Assembly: GCA_963713825.1 (NCBI GenBank)
Contig: CAVQNG010000014.1
Span: 224,001-288,000 of the forward strand
Source of the DNA: an uncultured Acidobacteriota bacterium
Lineage (GTDB): Bacteria > Acidobacteriota > Thermoanaerobaculia > Multivoradales > JAHEKO01
Length of the DNA: 64,000 nt
Direction of reading: 5' to 3'
Part shown: piece after piece, positions 38,311-47,561 of the stretch
How positions within the stretch are numbered: position 1 is the stretch's first letter
Layout of the letters: every line of letters starts with the position of its first letter
Translations under genes and position numbers: made by a program
The notes under the pieces: model-generated
Told to the model about the DNA's origin: nothing
The model's database searches: none
The model's input: only the letters and a program-made list of their open reading frames with translations

Positions 38311-39942
38311 ATGATCTTCGCCGATTGGAAGAAGCTCCTGGTCGGTGCAGGGCTGGTCTGTCTCTGTACGGTAGAGATTTCATCTGCAAGAGAACTCGCC
38401 TTGCAGGAGGTCAGTCTCTCACTCCCCGGCGTGCCGTCCCTGGTGCTGCCGGCTGATGTCGATCAGGATGGGCATCTCGACCTTGTCGTCGTTGTCGCTT
38501 ATACAGAGTGGGACCAGATCGACATCCAGGAAGTCAGCGAGATGCAGGGAGTCGAGGGACTGGTCGAGATCCTCACCGTCATTCCGGCACTTACGGACCG
38601 TCGAGAGCTCTGGGTCTTCCGATCCAAGCAGACGGGTGGCTATGAGCTCCTGGGTGATGCTCTGCCACTGGACCTTACGGTTCTCTCGATGGCAGCGACG
38701 GAGGATGGCGCCCGGGTCCTGGCGCTCACCGATCGTGGGGCCTCGGTGTTGCGGCTACAGAAGGAGGAATCAGGACCTCGCCTCGAGTTGGTGCCTTGGG
38801 TGGACAGACCGCCGGTGTTGGCCGGAAGTGGCACCTTTCTTCCGAACCTCGAACTGCTTCACGACTTGAACGGAGATGGGGCGGAGGATCTGCTCCTACC
38901 GACCCGAGATGGCCTGGCTGTATTTCTCGGACCGGTGGGAGAGGCATCGCCAGTGATGGCCAGCTTGTCGAAACTGCCCGGGGAGGAGAATCGGGTTGAT
39001 GGCGAAGTGGTTCTGCACTACCCGATGCCAGTTCTGCGGAAGGTGGATGGCGACGATTTGCCGGATCTTCTCGTTGCCGATCTGAATCGTGACTGGAGGC
39101 AATTCCACGTGCTCCGAAGTAGCGGTGACGGCCGGTTTGCTCTACCCATAGAACTGCCCCCAGGCGAGGAGAGAAAGGGTCATCCGATCGCCTACTTCGG
39201 GGACCTGGATGGCGATCATCTCGCTGAGTACGTCACCGAAGAGGATTTGAGTGACGACGATGCCGGCATGCGCAAGGAGGTGCGGGAGGCGAAACGCCCT
39301 CCGGTGCGCTACCGCCTGCACCGAGCGGGAGAAGACCTGGCGATGGAAGAGAATCCCTATGAGCAGTTCGAAGCGATCGGCTACGCATTCGAAGAGGGGA
39401 ATGATTCGGAGTTCCATCTGCCGGCGGGATTCCAGGACTTGGATGCCGATGGCCGCCAGGACCTGATCTCCATCACATTGGAATTTTCCCTGCTCAAGGC
39501 ACTGAGTATCCTGGCCACGCAGAGGATCAGCATCGGTCTGGACTTCCATGTCTGGTGCCAGGATGAAAGCGGTGCTTTCGAGCCAGTGGACGACCTCGAT
39601 CTGTCGGGCCGCTTTCGACTGAATCTCAAGAACCTCCGTGTCAGTCAGTTGTCACAATTCGCTGGTGACTTCGATGGTGACGGGCGCACCGACTTCGTTC
39701 AGATCGGCAGGGGCCGCAAGGTCACAATTCACCGTGGTGGGGAAGGATGTCGCTTTCCGGCAGAGCCCGACCTCTTGATCCGGTTGACGGCAGAGCCCCA
39801 GGATTTGAGCCTGGTCCAGGTGAGAGATCTCGACGGGGATGGCAGGGCCGACCTGATGGTGACCCAACCCGAGGGCCGACGGGAAATGGGAGTCACTCCA
39901 AGGGCTCGTCTCGACCTCTACCTGAGTGGGGTGGGCCAGTGA
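38311..39942 (+). CDS. Secreted FG-GAP repeat protein
   Basis: Seven D.(D/N).DG..(D/E) motifs; signal peptide. Confidence 0.8.
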   Translation: MIFADWKKLLVGAGLVCLCTVEISSARELALQEVSLSLPGVPSLVLPADVDQDGHLDLVVVVAYTEWDQIDIQEVSEMQGVEGLVEILTVIPALTDRRELWVFRSKQTGGYELLGDALPLDLTVLSMAATEDGARVLALTDRGASVLRLQKEESGPRLELVPWVDRPPVLAGSGTFLPNLELLHDLNGDGAEDLLLPTRDGLAVFLGPVGEASPVMASLSKLPGEENRVDGEVVLHYPMPVLRKVDGDDLPDLLVADLNRDWRQFHVLRSSGDGRFALPIELPPGEERKGHPIAYFGDLDGDHLAEYVTEEDLSDDDAGMRKEVREAKRPPVRYRLHRAGEDLAMEENPYEQFEAIGYAFEEGNDSEFHLPAGFQDLDADGRQDLISITLEFSLLKALSILATQRISIGLDFHVWCQDESGAFEPVDDLDLSGRFRLNLKNLRVSQLSQFAGDFDGDGRTDFVQIGRGRKVTIHRGGEGCRFPAEPDLLIRLTAEPQDLSLVQVRDLDGDGRADLMVTQPEGRREMGVTPRARLDLYLSGVGQ

Positions 39943-41441
39943 AGAGGTTGGCCCTCTCGATTGCGATCCTGCTCGCGTGCCCAGCGGGGGCGCTGTCGAC
40001 AGAAGAGGCTACCCAGACTCAGACAACTGGTGCTTGGAGGTCGAGCGAGGCTCCCGGTGCCGAGCTCTTCGAAGTCATGCTGCCAGGTCCGCTGCTCCAG
40101 GTCGAGGCATTCGAGTCACCGACGGGGGAGCGATCCCTGATGCTACTCGTCGAGGCTGCGGACGACTCGGCAGCGCCGCGTTTCATCTATCAGCTCCTCG
40201 TCGATCCCTCCAGAAGCTTGAGTGACCTTCCGGTGGTCGTGCCTCCAGATGCTGACGCTCTGGTTGCCGTCGATCTTGCCGGGGACGGAGATCTCGAGCT
40301 ACTGGTTGGAGAGCACGGCAGGATTTTTCGAGTTGGCGGCGAAGGCAAGCTCGAGGTTGTGCTGGAAGGCCTGTGGGTCGACCTGAAGGGAAGGGCGCGG
40401 TTGGGGTCCGATGACTCGACACCCCCCACCGGTGAGCTTGTTCTGGCCTCAGTCGGAAGTGCTGAGCGCCTAGCACTCGAGGCAGGTGGGGTCGGGCTTC
40501 GTGTCGTCGACCAGTATCGAATTCCGCAGCGAGCCAAGATGAAGGGGAGTTGGTTGCGTCTTTCCTCACCACTGGTGTCCGCGCTCCCGGACCCGGAGTC
40601 TCCTGGTGCCTTCATCTATCTTGTAGGGCCAGAGGCAGTCGGAGATCGGCGACTTCGAACGCTGGTTCTCGAGCCCGGCGGAAGTCTCGACGGATCGACC
40701 CGCGAGTTGTGGTCGCAACTGCCCTCACCCGAATCGGTGGAAGAGAGCCTCTATGCGCTGCTCGATGGCGAGATCGTGCTCCTGGTTACGACGGTTCAAT
40801 CGGATCGGCGCGGCATCTTCGAGAAGGAGAAGTTCCGAGCTCTACGGCTTTCCGAGGATCGAAGTCGATCTGGGGGCACGGCGATGTTCGAGACAAAGTC
40901 CCGGACGCGCAACTGGTACAGCGCTGGTATGACGGTGGCGGATGTAGACCGGGATGGCTTCGACGATCTGGTTCTGGTCCAGCCCAAGGGCCTTGGTGGT
41001 GGCAAGCTGGTGGTCGAGGCCTTTATGGGCCTGGGCTCGGGTGAGTTCGACGACCGTGCCCGCAGAACCAACCTGGAAGTCGAGACAGAGCACTGGAGCT
41101 ATGGGGAGGATCTCGATGGGGATGGTTTCCCGGATCTGGTTCTCATCGCAGGCGAGGCCCTGCTCGTGTTTGCCGGAGTTGCCGATTCGACGAGCAGTCT
41201 GGTGGTCCGCGAGGAGAGCACCTGGAGGGTTCCCACAGGCGGGGTCGATGACCACCTGAGGGTTTTCGATGTACAGGGCGACGACAGGCCCGAAGTCGTT
41301 CTGATCGACAGGCGAGGGGCGAGCTTCACTACCCCTGAGCCGCCAGAAACCGAGGACTCGGGACCGAGCTCGGAGGGTGAGGAAGAACCTATCCGAGGCC
41401 GTCTGAGCCTGGTCGTTTTCTCCAATCCCGATCGCCGCTAA
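39939..41441 (+). CDS. Secreted FG-GAP/VCBS repeat protein
   Basis: GTGA overlap; signal peptide; DLAGDG, DVDRDGFDDL, DLDGDGFPDL, DVQGDD. Confidence 0.78.
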   Translation: MKRLALSIAILLACPAGALSTEEATQTQTTGAWRSSEAPGAELFEVMLPGPLLQVEAFESPTGERSLMLLVEAADDSAAPRFIYQLLVDPSRSLSDLPVVVPPDADALVAVDLAGDGDLELLVGEHGRIFRVGGEGKLEVVLEGLWVDLKGRARLGSDDSTPPTGELVLASVGSAERLALEAGGVGLRVVDQYRIPQRAKMKGSWLRLSSPLVSALPDPESPGAFIYLVGPEAVGDRRLRTLVLEPGGSLDGSTRELWSQLPSPESVEESLYALLDGEIVLLVTTVQSDRRGIFEKEKFRALRLSEDRSRSGGTAMFETKSRTRNWYSAGMTVADVDRDGFDDLVLVQPKGLGGGKLVVEAFMGLGSGEFDDRARRTNLEVETEHWSYGEDLDGDGFPDLVLIAGEALLVFAGVADSTSSLVVREESTWRVPTGGVDDHLRVFDVQGDDRPEVVLIDRRGASFTTPEPPETEDSGPSSEGEEEPIRGRLSLVVFSNPDRR

Positions 41442-41446
41442 CTCAA

Positions 41447-43768
41447 TCAGCCGGTAATTCGGACGCCGGCCGGTCGCTTGGGCTGCCGGCGATGTGCGAT
41501 CCAGCCCGCCGTGAGGAAGGCGATCTCCACAAGGGCCAGCACTACCATCCACTGGACGACACTGGACTCACCGAAACCGTAGGAGTGGAGGCCGGCGCTG
41601 AGCACGAAGTTGACCCCGATATAGGTCATCAGAACCGCCCAGAAGGCGACGATGCTGAAGGCAGCCGTGCCGAAAGGCCCGATCAGGCGGTCGAACCGAC
41701 CGTGCAAGATCGCCATGTAGGCCAGGAAGGCGATCAACGACCAGACCTCCTTCGGATCCCAACCCCAATACCTGCCCCAGGAGGACGCCGCCCAGATCGA
41801 CCCCGTGATGATCCCGGCCGCCAGGAGGATCGAACCGACGTGCATGTACCAATAGAGGAGCTGGTTCGTATTCCGGATGAGATCCTGGCGATCCTTTTTG
41901 AAAATCTCGATGCCAATCTGCATGTGAGCGAGTAGCACGCCAACGGCAAAGACGGAGTAGCTCACCATCGTGATCGGCACATGGATCGCCAGCCATGGTG
42001 TACCCGAGAGGACCGGCGGCATGGGATGCACAAACGGGTCCATCGGCAGTAGATCCACCAGAATCATGGTCAGGGTCGAGACTATGGCGGCGTTGAGGAT
42101 CACGAGACGATTTCGGATCGAACCCATGGCGACAAGGGCGAAGAGACCGACTCCCCAAGCCAGGAAAAGCATCGACTCGTACATGTTGGAGGCGGGGATC
42201 CGCCCAGCGATCTGCCAGCGGATGGCCAGTCCCCAGGTCATGACGGCAAACCCGGCGAACAGGCCGATCGCAGCTAGCCAGTCCAACCATGGCCGGGGTT
42301 TTACCCAGGCCACCAGGGAGGCGATCGTAGCGATCAAGAGGACGAGCCAGGCGATGCGGGTGGGACGGACACGGTTGTAGGTGATCTCCCGCTGCATGGC
42401 CGTCTGGCTCGGGTATCCGGCGAGGTTGGCTGAGCGCAGTTGCTTCTCGATCGCTTCCAGGTCGGCCAGGCTCTCGACGCGCTCGGGCTGACTCCAATTG
42501 GCCTGAGGGTCGGATGAGTCGGGGATCAGCCGGAGAGTGCGCCGTGTGGTGAACTGCTGCAGCCAGACCAGTCGTCGTTCGATCTCCTGTGCTGCCTTCA
42601 TCTGCGCATCGAGCGGTGCCTCGATCTCGGATGCCCGGCGCGCGTCGCGGATCAGCTCCATGAGTCGGGGAATCGAGGCGAGTTGCTGAAACGAGGCATA
42701 TCGAGTCCCTGGTGGCAGAGAGAGCTCGGCGGCGAGCTCAGAGCTGCCGATCTCGACGATGGGCTCGTTGCTCCAGCGCTCCGGTTCGACGACCCAGCTG
42801 AGGGCCATGGCCACCGGGTCGATGCCATTCCAGGTGCGCTTTCCGGTTACCTTCCAGACGCCTTCTCTGGCGACAGTATCCAGCGGCATGACTCTTCCAT
42901 CGTGCTGCACCGGCAGGGTCCGCAGAGCCGCCACGGTTCGAGCGTCAGGCAGGTTTGTCCCATCGACATCGGCTCGGAGAACGGCCCCCGTGGCGGTGAG
43001 ACCCAGCACCAGAAAGAACAGGGCCAACTTGGGGCCGGGAGCGCCGGACGCGAGCTCCGAGGGTAGCTTGCGGTATTGGTTCAGGCGGGTGAAGAAAACA
43101 GTGATCATGCCGATAATCAGCAGGACGTAGCCGGCGAAGACCAATGGTTGGCCAGGATCTTTGGATACCGACAGAACCGTCATCTCTCGGCCTTCCTCCT
43201 GACGATAGCTGCTCTGGAAGAACCGATAACCGCCGTAGGAGAGCTCGTGGTTCATTTCGATGTCGGCTGAGTACATCTGCCCGACCGGCGGATTCCCGAC
43301 TCGGACCCGACTCCGGAACTGCGCTGGACGCATGGTGCCGGGGTAGTAGTCGATCTCGAAATCGTCCAGATGCACGGTGAATGGGAGGGAGTGCTCGATG
43401 ATCTCGCCGGGACGGCTGGCATCGACAAAGACATTACTCGACTGTCCTTCCCACAAGGCGAGCTGCCCCTCGACCTTGACGAACTGAGTGATACCGGCTC
43501 CCAGCAGAATGATCACGATCGACGTATGGGTGAGGGCGAAGCCGATCCGCTCCTTGCCCCAGGGCCAACGCTCCCAGAGTGAACAGGCGATGTTGATCCC
43601 AAACAGGGCGAGAAGGCCCTGGAACCAAGGTGCGTAGTAGATGCTCCGGGCAGCCTGGGTGCCGAGTCTCGACTCGACGATCGTCGCAGCTCCCAGAATG
43701 AGCACGAGGAAAACCAGGAGCGCGGTATTCAACTTCAAAGATGCCAGCCATCGAATCCACTTGGGCAT
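41447..43768 (-). CDS. ccsBA: Cytochrome c biogenesis system II fused CcsBA (ResB-ResC)
   Basis: GAATIVES, LTH, PVQHDGRVMPLDT, NMYES, WLAIHV, WAASSWGRYWGWDPKE, GLHSY. Confidence 0.9.
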   Translation of the reverse strand: MPKWIRWLASLKLNTALLVFLVLILGAATIVESRLGTQAARSIYYAPWFQGLLALFGINIACSLWERWPWGKERIGFALTHTSIVIILLGAGITQFVKVEGQLALWEGQSSNVFVDASRPGEIIEHSLPFTVHLDDFEIDYYPGTMRPAQFRSRVRVGNPPVGQMYSADIEMNHELSYGGYRFFQSSYRQEEGREMTVLSVSKDPGQPLVFAGYVLLIIGMITVFFTRLNQYRKLPSELASGAPGPKLALFFLVLGLTATGAVLRADVDGTNLPDARTVAALRTLPVQHDGRVMPLDTVAREGVWKVTGKRTWNGIDPVAMALSWVVEPERWSNEPIVEIGSSELAAELSLPPGTRYASFQQLASIPRLMELIRDARRASEIEAPLDAQMKAAQEIERRLVWLQQFTTRRTLRLIPDSSDPQANWSQPERVESLADLEAIEKQLRSANLAGYPSQTAMQREITYNRVRPTRIAWLVLLIATIASLVAWVKPRPWLDWLAAIGLFAGFAVMTWGLAIRWQIAGRIPASNMYESMLFLAWGVGLFALVAMGSIRNRLVILNAAIVSTLTMILVDLLPMDPFVHPMPPVLSGTPWLAIHVPITMVSYSVFAVGVLLAHMQIGIEIFKKDRQDLIRNTNQLLYWYMHVGSILLAAGIITGSIWAASSWGRYWGWDPKEVWSLIAFLAYMAILHGRFDRLIGPFGTAAFSIVAFWAVLMTYIGVNFVLSAGLHSYGFGESSVVQWMVVLALVEIAFLTAGWIAHRRQPKRPAGVRITG

Positions 43769-43968
43769 GGAGTCCTCCGAAAGGTTCACCGGACGATGAG
43801 GGCCGAGTATACGGCAAAGGTCAGGCCCTCCGGCGCCTGTATTCGCAGCGGTCGATACGCCTCGATCACGATCTCTCGGCGGTTGCGGCTAGAATGGTTC
43901 GCAGTGCGAATAACAATCAAGAAGACCAGTTGCCGCGAGGCAGGAGATTGCAGGGAAGGGGGAGCTTG

Positions 43969-44565
43969 ATGAGACGTTCAGGTTGGGTGTTGTTGGTGGT
44001 GATGGCATTGACCCTGTCGGGCTGCGGCTACAACACGCTGCAAACCCAGGATGAGCAGGTCAAGGCTGCCTGGGCCGAGGTGCTGAATCAGTATCAGCGG
44101 CGCGCCGATTTGATTCCGAATCTGGTCAATACCGTGAAGGGCTACGCAGAGCACGAGGAAGAGGTTCTGACCGAGGTCACCGAGGCACGGTCCAGGGTGG
44201 GTCAGATCCAGGCCACACCAGACATGATCGAGGATCCGCAGGCCCTGGCCAATTACCAGGCCGCGCAGGGAGAGTTGACGGGCGCTCTGAGCAGATTGCT
44301 GCTGGTAGTAGAGCAGTATCCCGATCTGAAGGCCAACGAGAATTTCCGGGATCTGCAGGCCCAGCTCGAAGGAACCGAGAATCGGATCGCCGTGGCTCGC
44401 AATCGCTATATCCAGAGCGTTCAGGACTTCAATATGACGGTTCGGAGGTTCCCGACGAATCTCACCGCCAAGATCTTTGGCCACGATGTCAAACCGACGT
44501 TCGAGGTTGAAGACGAAGCGGCGCTCGCTCAGCCGCCAACGGTGGAGTTCGGAGACGACAACTGA
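43969..44565 (+). CDS. lemA: LemA family protein
   Basis: GCGYN, QYQRRADLIPNLV, YPDLKA, EGTENRIAVAR. Confidence 0.95.
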   Translation: MRRSGWVLLVVMALTLSGCGYNTLQTQDEQVKAAWAEVLNQYQRRADLIPNLVNTVKGYAEHEEEVLTEVTEARSRVGQIQATPDMIEDPQALANYQAAQGELTGALSRLLLVVEQYPDLKANENFRDLQAQLEGTENRIAVARNRYIQSVQDFNMTVRRFPTNLTAKIFGHDVKPTFEVEDEAALAQPPTVEFGDDN

Positions 44566-44566
44566 G

Positions 44567-45490
44567 GTGAAGTTCAGCGTGCACCGGAGCAGCCCACCGA
44601 GCAGGCTGTTGGCCCTCAGCAGGGAGATCCTCCTTGCCGCCCTGTGGTCGAGCGCCTTGCTGGCTGCCGAGGTTCCGGTGCCGGAGCTCAGCGCTCGCGT
44701 CACTGACCGGACGGCGACACTCGACCAAGCTGCGGTCGCCAGCCTCGAGGAGAGGTTGGCGGAGTTCGAAGCCAGGACTGGAAGTCAAATCGCCGTCCTG
44801 GTGATTTCGACAACCCAGCCTGAAGCGATCGAGCAGTACGCGCTGAGGGTAGTCGAGGCCTGGAGATTGGGACGGGACAATGTCGATGACGGAGCTCTCC
44901 TGCTGGTGGCTCTCGACGACCGCAACGTCCGTATCGAAGTGGGTTATGGGCTCGAAGGAGCGCTGACCGATCTGGTGTCCAGGAGGATCATCAGTGAGTC
45001 GATTGTGCCGAGCTTTCGGTCCGGCGACATTCCCGGTGGCATCGAACTGGGTGTGGATCGGATGATTGCGGTGGCGGCAGGAGAGGACCTTCCTGATCCG
45101 CAGTCCGATTGGGATCCGGGACCCTTGGCAGGTCTAAGGGGACTCCTACCGTTCCTGCTGATTCTGGCGTTCATCGGTGGGACCGTGTTGAGAGCTGTTC
45201 TCGGCCGATTCTGGGGCTCGTTGGCCAGCGGCTCGGTCGTTGGGTTCGTTGCCTGGCTCGTGAGCGGTTTGATTGGGGTGGCCTTGCTGGCCGCCTTCAT
45301 CACTTTTTTCGCCCTGTTGCTCGGCGGTAGCCGAACCGGGGGTGGCAGGTGGTCCAGTCACCCCCGCGCCGGCAGTTCTTCCGGTGGCGGCTGGACTTCC
45401 GGTGGCTGGAGCGGTGGTGGCTTCGGTGGCGGTGGCTTCAGTGGTGGCGGCGGGAGCTTCGGTGGGGGCGGTGCCTCGGGGAGTTGGTAA
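44567..45490 (+). CDS. TPM domain protein (YgcG-like) with Gly-rich tail
   Basis: GSQIAVL, IEQYA, DDGALLLVA, RIEVGYGLEG, GGGSFGGGGASGSW. Confidence 0.92.
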   Translation: MKFSVHRSSPPSRLLALSREILLAALWSSALLAAEVPVPELSARVTDRTATLDQAAVASLEERLAEFEARTGSQIAVLVISTTQPEAIEQYALRVVEAWRLGRDNVDDGALLLVALDDRNVRIEVGYGLEGALTDLVSRRIISESIVPSFRSGDIPGGIELGVDRMIAVAAGEDLPDPQSDWDPGPLAGLRGLLPFLLILAFIGGTVLRAVLGRFWGSLASGSVVGFVAWLVSGLIGVALLAAFITFFALLLGGSRTGGGRWSSHPRAGSSSGGGWTSGGWSGGGFGGGGFSGGGGSFGGGGASGSW

Positions 45491-45987
45491 TGGATCTGTC
45501 TCGTTGCTTTCGACACTTGAACACGACCCGGTGGACCCTTCTACGCCGGTTTCCTCCGCCGACACTCGAGGCGATCGAATCGTTGATTGGCGAGTCGGAG
45601 ACTCGCCATCGGGGGGAGATTCGCTTTGCGATCGAGGGCTCATTGGACGCATGGTCCGTCTTGAAGGGGGTCGAGTCCAGAGTCCGGGCCGTTCAGGTTT
45701 TCGGGGATCTTGGGGTCTGGGACACAGAGGAAAACAGTGGGGTCCTCATTTATGTGCTCCTGGCGGATCGCAGAGTGGAGATCCTCGCTGATCGCGGGTA
45801 CTCGCCTCGCGTTGCGGCGAATGTGTGGGATGAGGTGTGTCAACAAATGGAAAAGGACTTTTCCGAGAAACGATTCGAAGCGGGCGCGCTGGACGGTGTG
45901 CGAGCGGTCGGTGCCATTCTGACCCGGTGCTTCCCGTTGGAGGGAAGAAACCCGAACGAGCTGCCGGATAGCCCAGTAGTTCTCTAG
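45490..45987 (+). CDS. Second TPM domain protein (lemA operon)
   Basis: TAATG coupling; HRGEIRFAIE, VWDTEENSGVLIY, NELPD. Confidence 0.9.
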   Translation: MDLSRCFRHLNTTRWTLLRRFPPPTLEAIESLIGESETRHRGEIRFAIEGSLDAWSVLKGVESRVRAVQVFGDLGVWDTEENSGVLIYVLLADRRVEILADRGYSPRVAANVWDEVCQQMEKDFSEKRFEAGALDGVRAVGAILTRCFPLEGRNPNELPDSPVVL

Positions 45988-46844
45988 CCAGTGCCGAAAG
46001 CACCCTCAATGAAGGCCCGCGGCCGAATCATCTCGAAACCGAACTTCTGCGCCACCTTGGGTGTGGTCAGAGGACCCATTCCCCCAGCAGCGGCGAACGA
46101 CCAGAGCTCGTTGACGATCGGGGGAAATCCTTCGATCTGACTGCTCGGCGGCAGGCTATGGACCTCGAGGTCTCTGCCGATGGATTTCGCGATCCAAGCG
46201 ACGATCTGCTGGTAGGAACAGGAGCCGGCGCTCAAGGGAATGTCGGCTCGCTGCGCATCAGGATGGTCGAGCACCGCAAGGGCCAGGTCGGCGACGTTCT
46301 CGACGGCGACAAAACCGTACTTTCGAGCCGGATCGCCGATGATTTGGACGGTGTTACCCCTTTGGATCTGGGCCCCGACGACGAAGGCGATCCAAGACTC
46401 CATGAAAAGCGACGGCTGGAGAATCGTATAGCTCAGGCCACTGGAACGAATCGCTTCGGCTGTCGAAGCTTTCGCCCGGGCCAGATCGACGGGAGAGTCG
46501 GTGTTGAACCCAGTCGCCGAGACATAGAGGAATCGGCTGATGCCGGCGTTTTCCGCACACCGAAGGAGGGTGGCATGGCCCTGTCGATCGACGTTCTCGA
46601 TAGAATCTTCGCCGCCCCGTGAAGCCCCAGTCGCCGTCGAGATGATCCGATCGACGCCTCGGCAGGCGGTGTCCACGGTGACGAGCTCCTTGAGATCACC
46701 AAACGCCAACTCGGCTCCCGCCGCCTTCAAGGGGCTCACATCCGACGTGTCGCGGACCAGGACCCTGACCTGCCCGCCCTGTTCCAGGAGGCGTCGGGTG
46801 ATGCGCCCTCCGAGTTCACCTGTTGCTCCAACTACGAGATCCAT
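45984..46844 (-). CDS. NmrA/atypical SDR NAD(P)-binding protein
   Basis: VVGATGELG, VLVR, GDL, YTILQPSLFME. Confidence 0.85.
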   Translation of the reverse strand: MDLVVGATGELGGRITRRLLEQGGQVRVLVRDTSDVSPLKAAGAELAFGDLKELVTVDTACRGVDRIISTATGASRGGEDSIENVDRQGHATLLRCAENAGISRFLYVSATGFNTDSPVDLARAKASTAEAIRSSGLSYTILQPSLFMESWIAFVVGAQIQRGNTVQIIGDPARKYGFVAVENVADLALAVLDHPDAQRADIPLSAGSCSYQQIVAWIAKSIGRDLEVHSLPPSSQIEGFPPIVNELWSFAAAGGMGPLTTPKVAQKFGFEMIRPRAFIEGAFGTG

Positions 46845-47023
46845 GATGGATCCTCCCTGTGGCGGGTCAATGGCAGCCGTTGCAGACTTCCAGCCAGGTC
46901 GGCGGCTCAACCAAGGTCCGAACTGAGTTTCTGACGACAGTCTATCTCAGGTCGGCAGGCTGTCTGCGGAGGCGTCAGACGTAGGTATACTCGACTGGTC
47001 CATAGATACCGAAAGGAGGCAGT

Positions 47024-47425
47024 ATGAACTTCGGAAAGGCGATCATCGCCGGAGTTGTCGGAGGAATCGCGGTCAACGTGGCTGATTTCGTCATGCACGG
47101 CATGATTATGGCGAACACCTACACGAAGTACCCAGTTTTCACGCAGGAGCAAGCGAATCCTCTGCATTTCACGTTCGTAGCGGTGTGCATGTCGATCATG
47201 GCAGCCATTCTCTTTGCCAAGACTCGAAGCGTCTGGGCGGAGGGTCTCGCGGGAGGTGTCAGCTTCGGGTTCTGGGTCGGGCTGATCGCGTTCTTCGCAC
47301 CTTTCTACAACTCACTGGTGTTCGAGGGCTTTCCCTACTACATGAGCTGGTGCTGGGGTGGCATCAATCTCATTGGATACCTGGTTCTCGGAGCCGTGCT
47401 GGGGTTGATGTACAAGAAGCAGTAG
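47024..47425 (+). CDS. Small four-TM membrane protein (possibly DUF1761-like)
   Basis: Four hydrophobic segments; AAAGGAGG RBS. Confidence 0.75.
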   Translation: MNFGKAIIAGVVGGIAVNVADFVMHGMIMANTYTKYPVFTQEQANPLHFTFVAVCMSIMAAILFAKTRSVWAEGLAGGVSFGFWVGLIAFFAPFYNSLVFEGFPYYMSWCWGGINLIGYLVLGAVLGLMYKKQ

Positions 47426-47561
47426 GTAGCCCGGTTCGCAGCGCCGAATCGCAGCTTGGATCTGCGATCCAACGCTCCTCTCGATCGATTTCGAGACCGA
47501 ATCCAGAGGCTTGTGGTCTGGTACGATCCTGCTTTGTTGGTTTCTCCGGAGGGAGGTCCTA

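Noticed and set aside
45380-45480. Repeated GGTGGC units
   Set aside because: Encode the normal Gly-rich tail of TPM proteins; not a DNA repeat or CRISPR.
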